From NCBI GenBank assembly GCA_965248445.1, contig CBDFJG010000003.1:224001-288000 (forward strand): a stretch of DNA of 64,000 nt, read 5' to 3'. The stretch comes from Planctomycetota bacterium. Its GTDB lineage: Bacteria; Planctomycetota; JAJSAM01; JAJVHW01. Made by a program: the position numbers and the translations under genes. The notes below the pieces were generated by a model that saw only the letters and a list, made by a program, of their open reading frames with translations, did not search any database and was not told the DNA's origin. Numbering within the stretch: position 1 is the stretch's first letter; each line of letters opens with the position of its first letter. Shown here one piece after another: positions 1 to 10,098 of this stretch.

Positions 1-501
1 CGAGTACCCGACGGGCCGCGCGTACGCGCACCACGTCGTCTCGGCCCAGTCGGTCGAGATCGCGGAACCGCCGCCTGCAAGACCCGTCAGACCGCCCTCG
101 CCGATCGCCGACTGGTTGGTGCCCTGGAGCCAGATGCGCATGCGGTAGCCGGAACTCGAGGCCCAGCCGCCGGTCTCGATCCCGCCGAGTCCGCGCGAGA
201 GCACGTTCGGGTTCAGGATCTTCCCGGCGCCCGATCCGTCCGCCGCCACGCGCAATTCGGCGACGCCGGTGAGTTCGCGCATGAGCCCGTATTCGCCCTG
301 TGCATCGCGGTCCACGTCGATGCGTTGCGCGGTATGGAACTGCCCCTGCGCCGTCGAGACGCTGCGCATCATCGAGATGGCGGCGCTCTCGTTGGCGCGC
401 ATCCGCGCGGCCAGAGCCTGCGGGATCACGATGGCCGCCAGAATCGCGATCGTCACGACGACGATCATCAACTCCACGAGCGTGAAGCCTTGCTGTCTCA
501 T
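1..501 (-). CDS. Prepilin-type N-terminal cleavage/methylation domain protein (type IV pilin-like), runs off the window edge
   Basis: Manual translation from ATG at 501: MRQQG|FTLVELMIVVVTIAILAAIVIP..ARMRANESAAI, a class III signal (GFTLVE); absent from the ORF track because there is no stop in the window. Confidence 0.9.
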   Translation of the reverse strand, partial: MRQQGFTLVELMIVVVTIAILAAIVIPQALAARMRANESAAISMMRSVSTAQGQFHTAQRIDVDRDAQGEYGLMRELTGVAELRVAADGSGAGKILNPNVLSRGLGGIETGGWASSSGYRMRIWLQGTNQSAIGEGGLTGLAGGGSAISTDWAETTWCAYARPVGYS

Positions 502-616
502 ATCCCCCGGATCTCCCACGCGGGTGCAGCGTTCCGCGTTGTGACGCACTCTCTCGTCCCGCTTATGCGGTCGGTAGGCTGTGCGGCGGGCTTTAGGCCG
601 AAACCGGGAGGGCGCG

Positions 617-973
617 ATGGATCTGAACCACCTGCACCTGGGGGCGGCCGACGTGAGCAGTTCCCGCGCGTTCTACGAGCGGTACTTCGGATTCCGCCAC
701 GACGCGGACCACGGGGACGGCGTGTTTCTGCGCAACGACGACGGCTTCATGATCGCGATCGATCCGGTGAGCGACGTCCCGGTGTTGCCGTCGTGGTTCC
801 ACTACGGCTTCTGTCTCGCGGAGGGCTCCGCAGTGCGCGCGCTGCACGCGCGGATGACGGCCGAGGGCGTCGACCTCGCATCCAAGCTCATGGACTTCGG
901 CGACGACTGCGTCGTGTTCTACTGCAACGACCCGGACGGATACCGCATCGAGGTCAGCTTTCACGCGAACTGA
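617..973 (+). CDS. VOC/glyoxalase family protein
   Basis: LNHLHL..SRAFYERYFGF..FHYGF..FYCNDPDGYRIEV; GGGAGG RBS before ATG 617. Confidence 0.9.
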   Translation: MDLNHLHLGAADVSSSRAFYERYFGFRHDADHGDGVFLRNDDGFMIAIDPVSDVPVLPSWFHYGFCLAEGSAVRALHARMTAEGVDLASKLMDFGDDCVVFYCNDPDGYRIEVSFHAN

Positions 974-1216
974 CGCGTCGTCTCGCGGTCTCCGCGGGTT
1001 CACACGGCAGGCGACCCTCCGAAAACCGTGATCGCGGGTGCCAACGGCGGGTTCCGGGAATCCCGCGCAGGCTCGCGGGCACGGTCTTGTGATGGGTGGC
1101 GACCCGGCCGCCCGGGTTCCTGGTTGGTTCCTGTACCGTAACGGGGTCCGCAGCGGCTGGCGGCCGTCCGACGCCGGCGGCGAACGCTGGACGACACACG
1201 AAAAGGGAGTAACTCG

Positions 1217-1465
1217 ATGCGACTGAACTCAGTGATGTTCCTCGCGCTGGGCGCGTTGGCGCTGGCGACCGCCGGTTGTGAGGCGAAGGTCGACGACGCG
1301 ACTCCGGCCGACACCGACGAAGGGTGCGCCGATTGCGCCAAGGGCGAGGGCGGCGACAACGTCTGGTGTGCGGAGTGCTCGCACGGCTTCATCGACGGCG
1401 AGATGGCCACGGAGTGCAAGGGCTGCTTCGACGCGAAGAACGGCGGGGATCCCTGCCCGACTTGA
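1217..1465 (+). CDS. Small Cys-rich lipoprotein
   Basis: AAGGGAG RBS, lipobox TAGC, three CxxC motifs. Confidence 0.75.
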   Translation: MRLNSVMFLALGALALATAGCEAKVDDATPADTDEGCADCAKGEGGDNVWCAECSHGFIDGEMATECKGCFDAKNGGDPCPT

Positions 1466-1524
1466 AGCTGATTATCATCACGCTACGGTTCGTAGCACAT
1501 CTCAAGAGCGTCGCACCTGCGGTC

Positions 1525-1947
1525 ATGCTGACTGCAGTGGCGGCGCTCTCTGCGTGTTCCAAGACACCCAGCGAGTCCGCAGTCGAGAAGCTGTTCAAGG
1601 GCGAGCGCGCGGTCCCTGAGTACATCGCGATCAAGAACTTCTCGAAGACCGACGGCCGGCTGGACGACGCCGCCGGCCGGTACACATGCAGCGTCGAGTA
1701 CGACCTGGTCTTCCTCAAGAGCAGCGACGACTTGATGAAGGGGTTGGCTGAGGACCTCGAGGTCTCGGCGAACGCCAGAGAGTCCGGCGCGGCGCTCGCG
1801 GGGATGTTCGGACAGCTCCAGGCGGGGATCTCGATCTTTGCGTTGAAGATGCAGTACGGCGACTTCGAGGCCGGGCACACCGTGCACAAGACCGAAGCGC
1901 TCACACTCGAGCGCTGGGAGAGCGGCTGGAAGTTCGCGGAGAAGTGA
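1525..1947 (+). CDS. Hypothetical lipoprotein (start uncertain)
   Basis: Lipobox LSAC followed by a globular, Lys-rich domain. Confidence 0.7.
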   Translation: MLTAVAALSACSKTPSESAVEKLFKGERAVPEYIAIKNFSKTDGRLDDAAGRYTCSVEYDLVFLKSSDDLMKGLAEDLEVSANARESGAALAGMFGQLQAGISIFALKMQYGDFEAGHTVHKTEALTLERWESGWKFAEK

Positions 1948-1951
1948 CGCG

Positions 1952-2815
1952 TCAGATGCGCCCGTAGGCGCGCAGCGTCATCACCGCCTCCAGCGTCCAT
2001 CGTCCCCGCCACTCCTGCAGTGCGCCGGGACCGGGTGGCTGCCAGAACACCGGCCATCCGCCGTCGTCCTCTTGGCGCGCGACGAGATCGTCGAGGTGTG
2101 CGTCGATCACCGCGTCCTCGAAGCGCGAGCGCAGCGGGGCGTCCGGCCGCGGCGCGAAGTGAAGCGGCGTCTGTGTGTACGTGGTGATCGGCACCTCGAC
2201 TGTGAACCACCCCGCTGATCCGAGTTGGTCCATCAGACGGTCGACGTAGCCGTCCGCGCGGTCGCGGTCGGGCACGTGCTCGAGCAGTAGGAGGGCGCCA
2301 CGGAGCGTGTGCGCGCTCCCGAAGCGCTCGCGCTCGATTTGGTCGAGGCACCACTTCGCCGCCCGGTCGATCCACGGGTGCTGCACGCCGAGCGCGAAGA
2401 GCCAGGCTGCCAGAGTCGCGGTGGGGTTCACACCCGGCGTCACCGCCCACGGGATCTGCCAATGGTCGGCACATGGCGTGTCCGCGCCGCCGGCCAGCAC
2501 AGGCGATACGGCGCCGTCTGCAGTTGCAATGCTCGCGAGGAATGCGCACGCGCCGGACGCGAGCGCGTCGTCCCGTGCCCCCGCCTCGAACAGCGTCTGC
2601 AGTGCGAACTCCGTGCAGATGGGCTGACTCGCCGGCGCACGAAGATCCGGTTCGAGGCCGTGGCCGAACCCGCCGTCCGGGTTGCGGTAGGGGAGGAGCG
2701 CAGTGACGACGTGCTCGGGAGACGCTCCGTGGAATCGTGTCGCGAACAGCCGCCTCTCGAGCAAGCGCGCGTTGGCGTGCAGGAATGCGGTGGCGTCAGC
2801 GAGCACGTTACGCAT
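1952..2815 (-). CDS. Prenyltransferase/squalene-oxidase repeat-like protein
   Basis: NPDGGFGHGLEPD and QEDDGGWP repeats. Confidence 0.75.
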   Translation of the reverse strand: MRNVLADATAFLHANARLLERRLFATRFHGASPEHVVTALLPYRNPDGGFGHGLEPDLRAPASQPICTEFALQTLFEAGARDDALASGACAFLASIATADGAVSPVLAGGADTPCADHWQIPWAVTPGVNPTATLAAWLFALGVQHPWIDRAAKWCLDQIERERFGSAHTLRGALLLLEHVPDRDRADGYVDRLMDQLGSAGWFTVEVPITTYTQTPLHFAPRPDAPLRSRFEDAVIDAHLDDLVARQEDDGGWPVFWQPPGPGALQEWRGRWTLEAVMTLRAYGRI

Positions 2816-3287
2816 GCGCGTCCCTTCCGTACGGCAGCCGCAGATACACCTCGCCGTCCTTCTCGTCGAACGGCTCGAACCCGAGTGACACGTACAGCGC
2901 CATGGCGCCCTCGTTCGCTGGGATCACGCTCGTGGCGATGCGCTCGACCAGCACCTCGCCCTTTAGCCGGCGGATCACCTCCAGCATGGCCGCCCGCCCG
3001 TACCCCTTGCGCTGGTGCTCGGCGCCGATCATCAGTCGCATGACGAATCCGATCTCGTCCCAGATCTGGTACATGACGAACCCGACCATCGCATCGTCCG
3101 CCGTCATGTCCCGCCCGAACAGGTCGCCGCGGTAGATCGCACAGGGGTAAAGGCGCTTGTTCACGTACGCCTGCGCCAGGGATTGCATGTTCGTCGCGAC
3201 GTACGCCTTTTGGTCTTCACGCACCGACAGCTTCACGCACTCGCGGAAGTTCTCGAACGTCACGGGCCGGAGGCAGATGCTGGTCAT
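2808..3287 (-). CDS. GNAT N-acetyltransferase (spermidine acetyltransferase-like)
   Basis: RLMIGAEHQRKGYGRAAM acetyl-CoA motif, NEGAMALYVSLGF. Confidence 0.9.
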   Translation of the reverse strand: MTSICLRPVTFENFRECVKLSVREDQKAYVATNMQSLAQAYVNKRLYPCAIYRGDLFGRDMTADDAMVGFVMYQIWDEIGFVMRLMIGAEHQRKGYGRAAMLEVIRRLKGEVLVERIATSVIPANEGAMALYVSLGFEPFDEKDGEVYLRLPYGRDAHA

Positions 3288-3368
3288 GATGCCGCGGATC
3301 GTAAGCGGCCGGGCTCAAGACGCGAAATGCCGACCTGCTACGATGAGCAGCGGCAAGGAGGGGGAGGC

Positions 3369-4853
3369 ATGCGCGTGGGCGGCGCCCGTTCTCTGCTCGC
3401 AGCGGCGGGCATCTGCTTCGCAGCGGCGGTTGCCGTTGTCGGCAGCGGTGTCGACGTCGGCGCAGCGCCGTCCCTCTGGGAGTTCACCCCGGAGCCGATG
3501 GAGCAAGTGCCGTTCGGGCGCACGCAGATCGTCGGTGCCGAGCTTCCCGAGGGCGGTGTTCGGTTCATCCTGAAGAACCTGACGCCGGAGATGCCGGTAC
3601 AGCTGACGCTCGTCCCGAGCGACGCCACGACGGACCTCTCTCTCGAGGTCTACAAGGACAAGTGGGACGCTCCGCTGTTCACGATGACGACGGGCATCGA
3701 GGGCGAGGCGACGCTTCGCCTGCGCACCGGCGATCACGTCGCGATGCAGGTGAAGGGACCGGCCGGGGCGTCCTACCAGTTATTGGCGTGGGTCGGTCCC
3801 GAGATGGAGTCGGTTCCGATCCCGCCGCTCGTGACCCCGGAGACCTACACGCAGCGCACCGGCAAGCCGACCGCTTACGGGACGGCGCCCACGTCGCCGG
3901 CGGACGCCGATCCTGCACCACAGCCCGAGACGGCCACGGATACCAACACCGCCGCCGTTCCACTGCGAGCGCCGCTGATCGCGCCTTCGCCGGTGCCCGC
4001 GGAGGACGACAGCGACGACAAGATGGGTCTGATCGTCGGCCTGCTCGCGGCGATTCTGGTTGCGCTGGTCGTGATCGCGTTCCTGCTGATGAAGAAGCAC
4101 GGACCGCCGGCCTCGGCCGCGCTCCTGCTGGCAGCGCTGCTGTTCGTGCCTGGCGCCGCCACCGCACAGGACGACAAGACCGAGCCGGGAAAGATGAAGC
4201 CCGAGGAGCTGAACGACCGGATGAACGCGACGTTGCACAAGTTGCGCGAGCTGACGTCGGGGTACAGCGGCAATGACCCGTTCAACCCCGACGACAAGTT
4301 CACCAAGGGCTTCACCGACGTCGTGAAGGCGACCGGCGCGCTGCTCACACTGATGGAGCACTTCGGGTTCATCGATCCCCGCGAGGCCGCGGTTCGTCCG
4401 GACTACAACCCGAGCGATGCGCCGCCATTACCGGCGCGGGGTTTCGAGGACATCTGGAACTCGGATGCGCAGACGTGCCTGCGACAGGGCGGAGTCGCGC
4501 AAGATCTCCAGAAGTGGCCGCGGCTGCTCGAGAATCTGCGCGTCATCTACAAGCAGACGATGCTCGAAGCCGGGCGGATCGTCGAGCTGGCCGACGCCGC
4601 CGCCGGCATGAGCAGCATCGCGAAGCTCAAGTGGACGATCGACAAGAACAACCCGAGTGAGGCGTTCAATCAGAGTCAGGCGCAGTTCTACGCTACGTAC
4701 GACGACGCGTACACCAAGCTCATGGACAAGCTGAACAAGTCGCTCGTCGAGATCGCCGACTGCGAGAAGAAGGTGTACGGCGTGGATCGGTGGTACGAGC
4801 TGTACGGGATGCCCTACTACCTCTACATGCGCGACCGGTACAAGCGGCCGTAG
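3369..4853 (+). CDS. Hypothetical secreted/membrane protein with an internal second signal-like segment
   Basis: GGAGG RBS; N-terminal signal, Pro-rich linker, TM helix, then LLLAALLFVPGAATA|QDDK. Confidence 0.8.
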   Translation: MRVGGARSLLAAAGICFAAAVAVVGSGVDVGAAPSLWEFTPEPMEQVPFGRTQIVGAELPEGGVRFILKNLTPEMPVQLTLVPSDATTDLSLEVYKDKWDAPLFTMTTGIEGEATLRLRTGDHVAMQVKGPAGASYQLLAWVGPEMESVPIPPLVTPETYTQRTGKPTAYGTAPTSPADADPAPQPETATDTNTAAVPLRAPLIAPSPVPAEDDSDDKMGLIVGLLAAILVALVVIAFLLMKKHGPPASAALLLAALLFVPGAATAQDDKTEPGKMKPEELNDRMNATLHKLRELTSGYSGNDPFNPDDKFTKGFTDVVKATGALLTLMEHFGFIDPREAAVRPDYNPSDAPPLPARGFEDIWNSDAQTCLRQGGVAQDLQKWPRLLENLRVIYKQTMLEAGRIVELADAAAGMSSIAKLKWTIDKNNPSEAFNQSQAQFYATYDDAYTKLMDKLNKSLVEIADCEKKVYGVDRWYELYGMPYYLYMRDRYKRP

Positions 4854-4870
4854 TCGCGACCCGCCGCGCG

Positions 4871-6124
4871 CTAACTCGCGGTCGGGGATCCGTTCAGCTC
4901 GAGCGCGCGCGTGTGACACGGCTCGCAGATCCCGTGCGTCACCTGCATGCACTCCGGCGGCAGCACGACTTCACCGACGTCGAACCACATGCCGTCCGGT
5001 CCGCTGACGAAGCCGCACCACGCGCAGATCGAGAGCTGACCCTCGCGTCCGCCCTGCGCCGTGTCCCGCGGGTTCGGGGCGCCGCCGTTCGTGATGAAGC
5101 GCGAGGCGGCCTCGACGGCATCTCTGTACCGGGACCGGACGCGCTCCCGGTAGTCCGCGAGCGCCCGTTCGTCGTCGGTCGACAGTTCGAGGACGTCCGG
5201 GTGCATGGCTGCGAACTCCTTGAGTTCGGGGACGCGCTCGAGTGCCGCAGATCCCGCCAGATCGAGAGCGTGCTGGGCGGTTTCCGTCTCTTCGAGGCGC
5301 ACGGCGAGCTGGTGGACGGCCTGGGCGAGCGCGAGGCGGCGGCCGGCACTCATGCGCGGGACGGCGCGGCGAGAGGCTCGGGCGAGCGCGTCCTGTGCCG
5401 TCTGACGCGCAGCGTCGATGCGCCCCAGCTCCAGCTGCGCCTCGATCTCGGCGAGTTGCACGCGATCGGCGTAGCCGTTGTTCTTCGGGAACTCCGTCGC
5501 GTGCGCGAGGACGTCCGAGTGGCGGCCCTCGACGGCCGCGATCATCGTGTCGTAGGCGCGCTGTGTGAGAGCGTCGAGCGCATTCGCTGCCGCCGCCGCG
5601 TTGCGCGCGATGTGCATGATGCCCGCGTCCGACTCGAGCACGCCCAGTTCGAAGCGGTGGCCGATAATGACGCGTTCACCCTTGGGGCGCCTGTCGGAGT
5701 CGAGGGCGGAGACGACCGTCGAGAGTGCGTCGATCTCCTTGATGCTGCGCGGGACGTCTTCGAGCTTGAGGAAGGACGCCACGATGTGGCTCTGCGCGAT
5801 CGCGACGCGAGCAGCGTCCGAGCGCGAATCCGCGAGCCGCGCGGCGCGTCTCGAGATCGCGAGCGTCTCCACGAACTGGAGCGACTCGCGCAGCGCCAAG
5901 GCCAGGTTGTTGCATGCAACCAGTTCCTCGCGACGGCCGCTCCCGGCGAACTGCTCGAACGCCTCCTGCAAGTACGGGAGCGCGGCGTCAGCCTTGCCGC
6001 TCACGAGCGAGAGCGCGCCGATGTTCAGCGACGCCACCGCGCGTTCGGTGACCGAAGGCGCCGAGTCGCGCAGCGCCAGAAGCGCGGGCAGGTCGTCCTC
6101 CGTCGGGCGCACGCCCTCTTGCAT
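4871..6124 (-). CDS. TPR-like protein with a C-terminal ICAWC..THGICxxC Cys domain
   Basis: TPR-like helices (SLNIGALS..ALPYLQEA, ACNNLALA); LSICAWCG...VTHGICEPC. Confidence 0.65.
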   Translation of the reverse strand: MQEGVRPTEDDLPALLALRDSAPSVTERAVASLNIGALSLVSGKADAALPYLQEAFEQFAGSGRREELVACNNLALALRESLQFVETLAISRRAARLADSRSDAARVAIAQSHIVASFLKLEDVPRSIKEIDALSTVVSALDSDRRPKGERVIIGHRFELGVLESDAGIMHIARNAAAAANALDALTQRAYDTMIAAVEGRHSDVLAHATEFPKNNGYADRVQLAEIEAQLELGRIDAARQTAQDALARASRRAVPRMSAGRRLALAQAVHQLAVRLEETETAQHALDLAGSAALERVPELKEFAAMHPDVLELSTDDERALADYRERVRSRYRDAVEAASRFITNGGAPNPRDTAQGGREGQLSICAWCGFVSGPDGMWFDVGEVVLPPECMQVTHGICEPCHTRALELNGSPTAS

Positions 6125-6354
6125 GCACGCCGGCCGGCGACGGGCCGGCGCGCCGGCTCCCGGAGTCGCTCTGTCGAACCGAGTGCTCACAGGTCCACCG
6201 AGTCCCCCGAGGTCCGCCGTGCCAGGTCGCGATCCGAGCCCGAGGCCTCTCGTTCAGGATCGGCAGACGCCGAGCGCGAACTTAGCCGAGCCTCGGCCGA
6301 GCCTGGCGAAGGGCACCCTCCAGCCTCGCGGGGCGACGCGCGCCCAGCCGGCCG

Positions 6355-7530
6355 TCAGAAGGCGTCCTGCATCCACGGGGACCCGCCGCGGAACACCTCG
6401 GCGAGCGCGACGAGGTCGTCGTCCGGTCCTGAGATCGGGCGCGCGTTGCGCAGAACCTGCGGTGAGACATACCCGGTGTAGATGGACGCCAGCTCCCGCA
6501 CATGCATGGCGACGCGGCCGTCGCCGCCGCGTTCCACCGTGCCGCGGCCGTCGTTGACGCGCAGTACGAAGCGTCCGGCGTTTCCCGGGCAGACGTCGTC
6601 GGTGAGATCCAGGTGCACCTCGGCCGTGAGGCTCCGCGGGTATCCGCGCTCGGTGAGTGCGTTCTCGACGTGCGTGAGCCGCAACATCCACACGTCGGCG
6701 ACCAGAGTGTCGAAGCACAGCGCGTCGGACGCCGTCTGGAGCGGACCGGTCGGGTGTCCCAGCCAGCGCGCCTTCTCGGTCTGCGAGGCGAAGTCCGCGA
6801 GGAAGGCGAGGAGACGGCGGGCGGCGGCGGGGGTCGAGGCGACGACGTCGCTCAGTCGCAGAAATCGCTCGCCCTTCACCGTGCCGGGTTTGAGACGCAC
6901 GAATCCGGTGGGTACCCCGTCTTCTTCCACGAGGTGCGCTTCGGTGGGATCGCCGCCGGGCTCGCGAACTCGACTCCACATGATGTCGTCACGGTCGATG
7001 TTCCCGTCGTTGGCTGCGGCTCGCTGTCGCTCGAGTGCTACCAGCGCGGGTTCGTCGTCGGCGGTGGCAGTCCGAAGTGGAAGCGTGCGGTCGACGGGCG
7101 CGACGTTCTCGAGATGCGCATCCACTCGATACAGGTATCCCGACCGCTCGTACCCGGCGCGCCGGTACACGGACTGCACCGCCGGGTAGAGCGTGGAGAG
7201 CGCGACGCCCTTCTCGTGCATCTCGCGCACCGCTGACTGCATGATGCGCGTCCCGACTCCCGCACCGCGGTCTTGCGCGTCGATTCCGACCGCTGCGACG
7301 CCCCACATCGGGACGCACCGCCCGCCGAACCACTGGCCCATCGGGTAGAGGAACAGCCCGCCGCGGATCCGGCCGTCCTCGTCGTGCACGCGTCCGACGT
7401 GTGCGATGCTGTCGATCCACTTGGTCGTGCGCTCGATGTTGCTGCCGAACGCGTGGCTCATGATCCGCACGACGGCGTCCATCTCGCCCTCGCGATCCGG
7501 TTCGTACGGTCTGTACGCGGCGTCGGACAT
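6355..7530 (-). CDS. Eis-family GNAT acetyltransferase
   Basis: VAAVGIDAQDRGAGVG, STLYPA..YRRAGY, DVCPGNAGRF, SCP2-like end PWMQDAF; AGGAGG RBS. Confidence 0.9.
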   Translation of the reverse strand: MSDAAYRPYEPDREGEMDAVVRIMSHAFGSNIERTTKWIDSIAHVGRVHDEDGRIRGGLFLYPMGQWFGGRCVPMWGVAAVGIDAQDRGAGVGTRIMQSAVREMHEKGVALSTLYPAVQSVYRRAGYERSGYLYRVDAHLENVAPVDRTLPLRTATADDEPALVALERQRAAANDGNIDRDDIMWSRVREPGGDPTEAHLVEEDGVPTGFVRLKPGTVKGERFLRLSDVVASTPAAARRLLAFLADFASQTEKARWLGHPTGPLQTASDALCFDTLVADVWMLRLTHVENALTERGYPRSLTAEVHLDLTDDVCPGNAGRFVLRVNDGRGTVERGGDGRVAMHVRELASIYTGYVSPQVLRNARPISGPDDDLVALAEVFRGGSPWMQDAF

Positions 7531-7593
7531 TGCTCTGCCTCCTCCTGACATCTTCCGGAACACGGGCCCGCGCGTGCGAGGTATGCTCGATCC

Positions 7594-8931
7594 ATGCGGC
7601 GGAGACTGGTTGCTGTCGTGGTGATGCTGGTGATCGTCTTCCTCTGGTGGGGCGTGATTCACCGCGGCCGCGATCGCGGCCCGCCTTGGACCGACACAGA
7701 TTGGACCGAGACAGACGACTTCCAGACGGCGCGCGGCGGAGACGAGCCGAGACGCAGCGGTCAGCGCCGCGAGCGCGTGCGCACGGGTGAGCCGAGCGAT
7801 GGTGGGAGCGGCGGCGACGTCGCGCCGCGACCTGGAGAGTCCGGCGGGACGGATGCCGGAGCGTCCGCTGCCGTCGGTACGGGCAACGGCGCGGGTGGAG
7901 CGGTTGGCGGCGAAGATGGCGAGGATGGCGAGGGTGCGGACGAAGCGTCGGTCGGTGGCAGCGGTCGTGGCGCGGACTCCGACGACGACGTGCCGCCGCG
8001 ACAGCGCGTCCTGCGCACGCGCGTCGTGGACGCGGCGACGGGCGATCCGGTCAGCGGCGTGCGCCTGCTCGTCGCGTACGTGACCGACGGAGGCGACAGC
8101 TGGTACGGAGGCACGACCGGGAAAGACGGAGGCGAGATGCACCGTCTGCCGGAGGACTTTGGCGGAGAAGAGGGGCGCTTCGAGATGCGCGTGGGCCGGC
8201 GAGGCTACGAGTACAAGATCGTGCCGCTCGAACTCCCGGAGCTGGGAGAGTCGCAGGACGTCGACGTCACGCTCACAGCACTCGATCACTTGCCGAATCC
8301 CGGCCGGCTCGTCGTCTTCGCGACGCGTCCGGATGGCACGCCGATAACCGGCATCGTGCTGGTCGGCGGCAGCGATGGACTCGACGGCATCTGGCAGTGG
8401 GGTATCGCCGACTCGTCCGGGACGGCAACTCTCGAGGGCGTCCCCGCCGGCCACTGGACGCTGCGACTCGAGGAGTCGCGGCATCGCATCGAGACGATCC
8501 TCCCGGACGACGGCGAAACGCGCGTGCACCTGGTGGGGCCCGAGTTGGAGTGGCCCGGAGTCCTGTCGCGTCCCGGCTACGAGTTGTTGCGGGACCAGAT
8601 CCAAGCGGAGTGGCGGGATGCCGACGACGCCGGGCCGTCGATCTACGCGTTACAGCGACTGAACACCAGGTGGCGGGCGGTGGCAGATCGCCGCGAGGTA
8701 ATCGTCATGGGACTGCCGGCCAAGGTCCCCGCGTGGTTGCGCGCGCAGCCCTCCGGCCCGCAGAACTTCTGGCGCGTGAGAATCAAGGACGGCGAGGCAC
8801 ACTTCCCCGGACTGACCCTCGAAGACTGGAGCTTCCGCATCGAGCGACCGGGCGAACAGACGGCGTGGCAGAAGTTCGCGATCGAGGAAGGCGACGGCCC
8901 GCAGCGCATCTCACTCGTGCACTCCGAGTAG
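7594..8931 (+). CDS. Membrane-anchored protein with carboxypeptidase-regulatory-like (beta-sandwich) domains
   Basis: N-terminal TM, G/D/E linker, [14 protein letters not shown] and [19 protein letters not shown] motifs. Confidence 0.7.
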   Translation: MRRRLVAVVVMLVIVFLWWGVIHRGRDRGPPWTDTDWTETDDFQTARGGDEPRRSGQRRERVRTGEPSDGGSGGDVAPRPGESGGTDAGASAAVGTGNGAGGAVGGEDGEDGEGADEASVGGSGRGADSDDDVPPRQRVLRTRVVDAATGDPVSGVRLLVAYVTDGGDSWYGGTTGKDGGEMHRLPEDFGGEEGRFEMRVGRRGYEYKIVPLELPELGESQDVDVTLTALDHLPNPGRLVVFATRPDGTPITGIVLVGGSDGLDGIWQWGIADSSGTATLEGVPAGHWTLRLEESRHRIETILPDDGETRVHLVGPELEWPGVLSRPGYELLRDQIQAEWRDADDAGPSIYALQRLNTRWRAVADRREVIVMGLPAKVPAWLRAQPSGPQNFWRVRIKDGEAHFPGLTLEDWSFRIERPGEQTAWQKFAIEEGDGPQRISLVHSE

Positions 8932-8959
8932 CATCCCCGCACCACTACCAGGAGGACCC

Positions 8960-9370
8960 ATGCCGAATCAGCCTGACATCTCACTCGAGCAGGCGCACAG
9001 CGTCGTCAAGGCGGCCCGTCATCACGCCGCGGGCATCAACTGCAAGATGGACATCGCGGTGGTGGATGCCGGCGCGAACCTGAAGCTGTTCGTCCGCATG
9101 GACGGTGCCTGGCTCGGCTCGATCGACATCGCGATGAAGAAGGCGCGCACTGCTCGCTATTTCGACATGGACACCGGTGACATCGGCAGTCTCTCCCAGC
9201 CCGGTGGTCCGCTGTACAACATCGAACACAGCAACGGCGGGCTGATCACGTTCCCCGGCGGTGTCCCGCTGCGTGACGGGAGCGGAGCGATCGTCGGTGC
9301 GATCGGCGTGTCCGGAGACTCCGTCGAGAACGACCACGCGGTTGCCGTCGCAGGCGCCGCCGCCCTGTAG
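8960..9370 (+). CDS. GlcG/HbpS heme-binding family protein
   Basis: [50 protein letters not shown]. Confidence 0.92.
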   Translation: MPNQPDISLEQAHSVVKAARHHAAGINCKMDIAVVDAGANLKLFVRMDGAWLGSIDIAMKKARTARYFDMDTGDIGSLSQPGGPLYNIEHSNGGLITFPGGVPLRDGSGAIVGAIGVSGDSVENDHAVAVAGAAAL

Positions 9371-9375
9371 CGGTA

Positions 9376-10098
9376 CTACGCGCCGAGCGCTTCCATGAGG
9401 TGCCGGATCTCCTCGTCCACCGCGGCCGGGTCCGTCACGGTTCCGGCGATCTCCTCGCGGAGGACGTCGCGGTATCGCAGGCGCAGGCGCCGGATCGCGG
9501 ACTTCACGGCCGACTCGCCGAGACCGAGGCGCTCCGCGGCCTCCTCGTAGCTCGGCCGGATGGTGCCCGCGGCGAGGTAGGGCTCGAGCGCTGCGAAGTG
9601 CTGCGTCTTGTCCTCCGCCTCGTGCTGGACGCGCAGGCGGTCGAGGGCGCGGGCCAGGACGGTGAGCGCCCACCGCTTCTCGAACACGCGCTCGGGAGTG
9701 AGATCGGAGACCGGCTCGAGCTGGTACCGGCGTTCGCCCTCGTCGAAGTCGAGCGACATGAGCGTGTGTCCGCCGCCGCGCTTCTGTGCCGCCGCCTTCT
9801 CCCGCTCCTTCGAACAGTAGTTGCGGAACGACCGGATCAGGAACGTCCGAAAGCGGCCGCGCCCCCGGTCGGCGTCGCGCACGTAGTCCTTCTCCAGGAG
9901 TGTGGCGAAGTACCCCTGCGTGAGGTCCGCCGCGTCGTGCTGCTTCGCGCCGCCACGCCGCGCGAACGCATACAGCGGGTACCAGTACGCCTCGCAGAGC
10001 TCGGCGAGCGCGTCACGGGCTTCCGCCGTGTCGCTCCCGCCGGCTGCGAGCACCACGCTCCACTGCGTGGTGAGGAACCGGTTGCGGGCCACGGTCAT
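9376..10098 (-). CDS. ECF RNA polymerase sigma factor (kinase-associated, PVC type)
   Basis: FLTTQWSVV..ALAELCEAYWYPLYAFARR..DLTQGYF..RGRFRTFL; region 4 SYEEAAERLGLGESAVKSAIRRLR. Confidence 0.9.
   Translation of the reverse strand: MTVARNRFLTTQWSVVLAAGGSDTAEARDALAELCEAYWYPLYAFARRGGAKQHDAADLTQGYFATLLEKDYVRDADRGRGRFRTFLIRSFRNYCSKEREKAAAQKRGGGHTLMSLDFDEGERRYQLEPVSDLTPERVFEKRWALTVLARALDRLRVQHEAEDKTQHFAALEPYLAAGTIRPSYEEAAERLGLGESAVKSAIRRLRLRYRDVLREEIAGTVTDPAAVDEEIRHLMEALGA

Noticed and set aside
974..1210. Possible ncRNA in the intergenic region upstream of the Cys-rich lipoprotein
   Set aside because: Only short GC-rich stems, as expected by chance; no recognisable riboswitch motif.
1368..1385. 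c-type heme motif in the small lipoprotein
   Set aside because: The sequence is CAECSH, not CxxCH.
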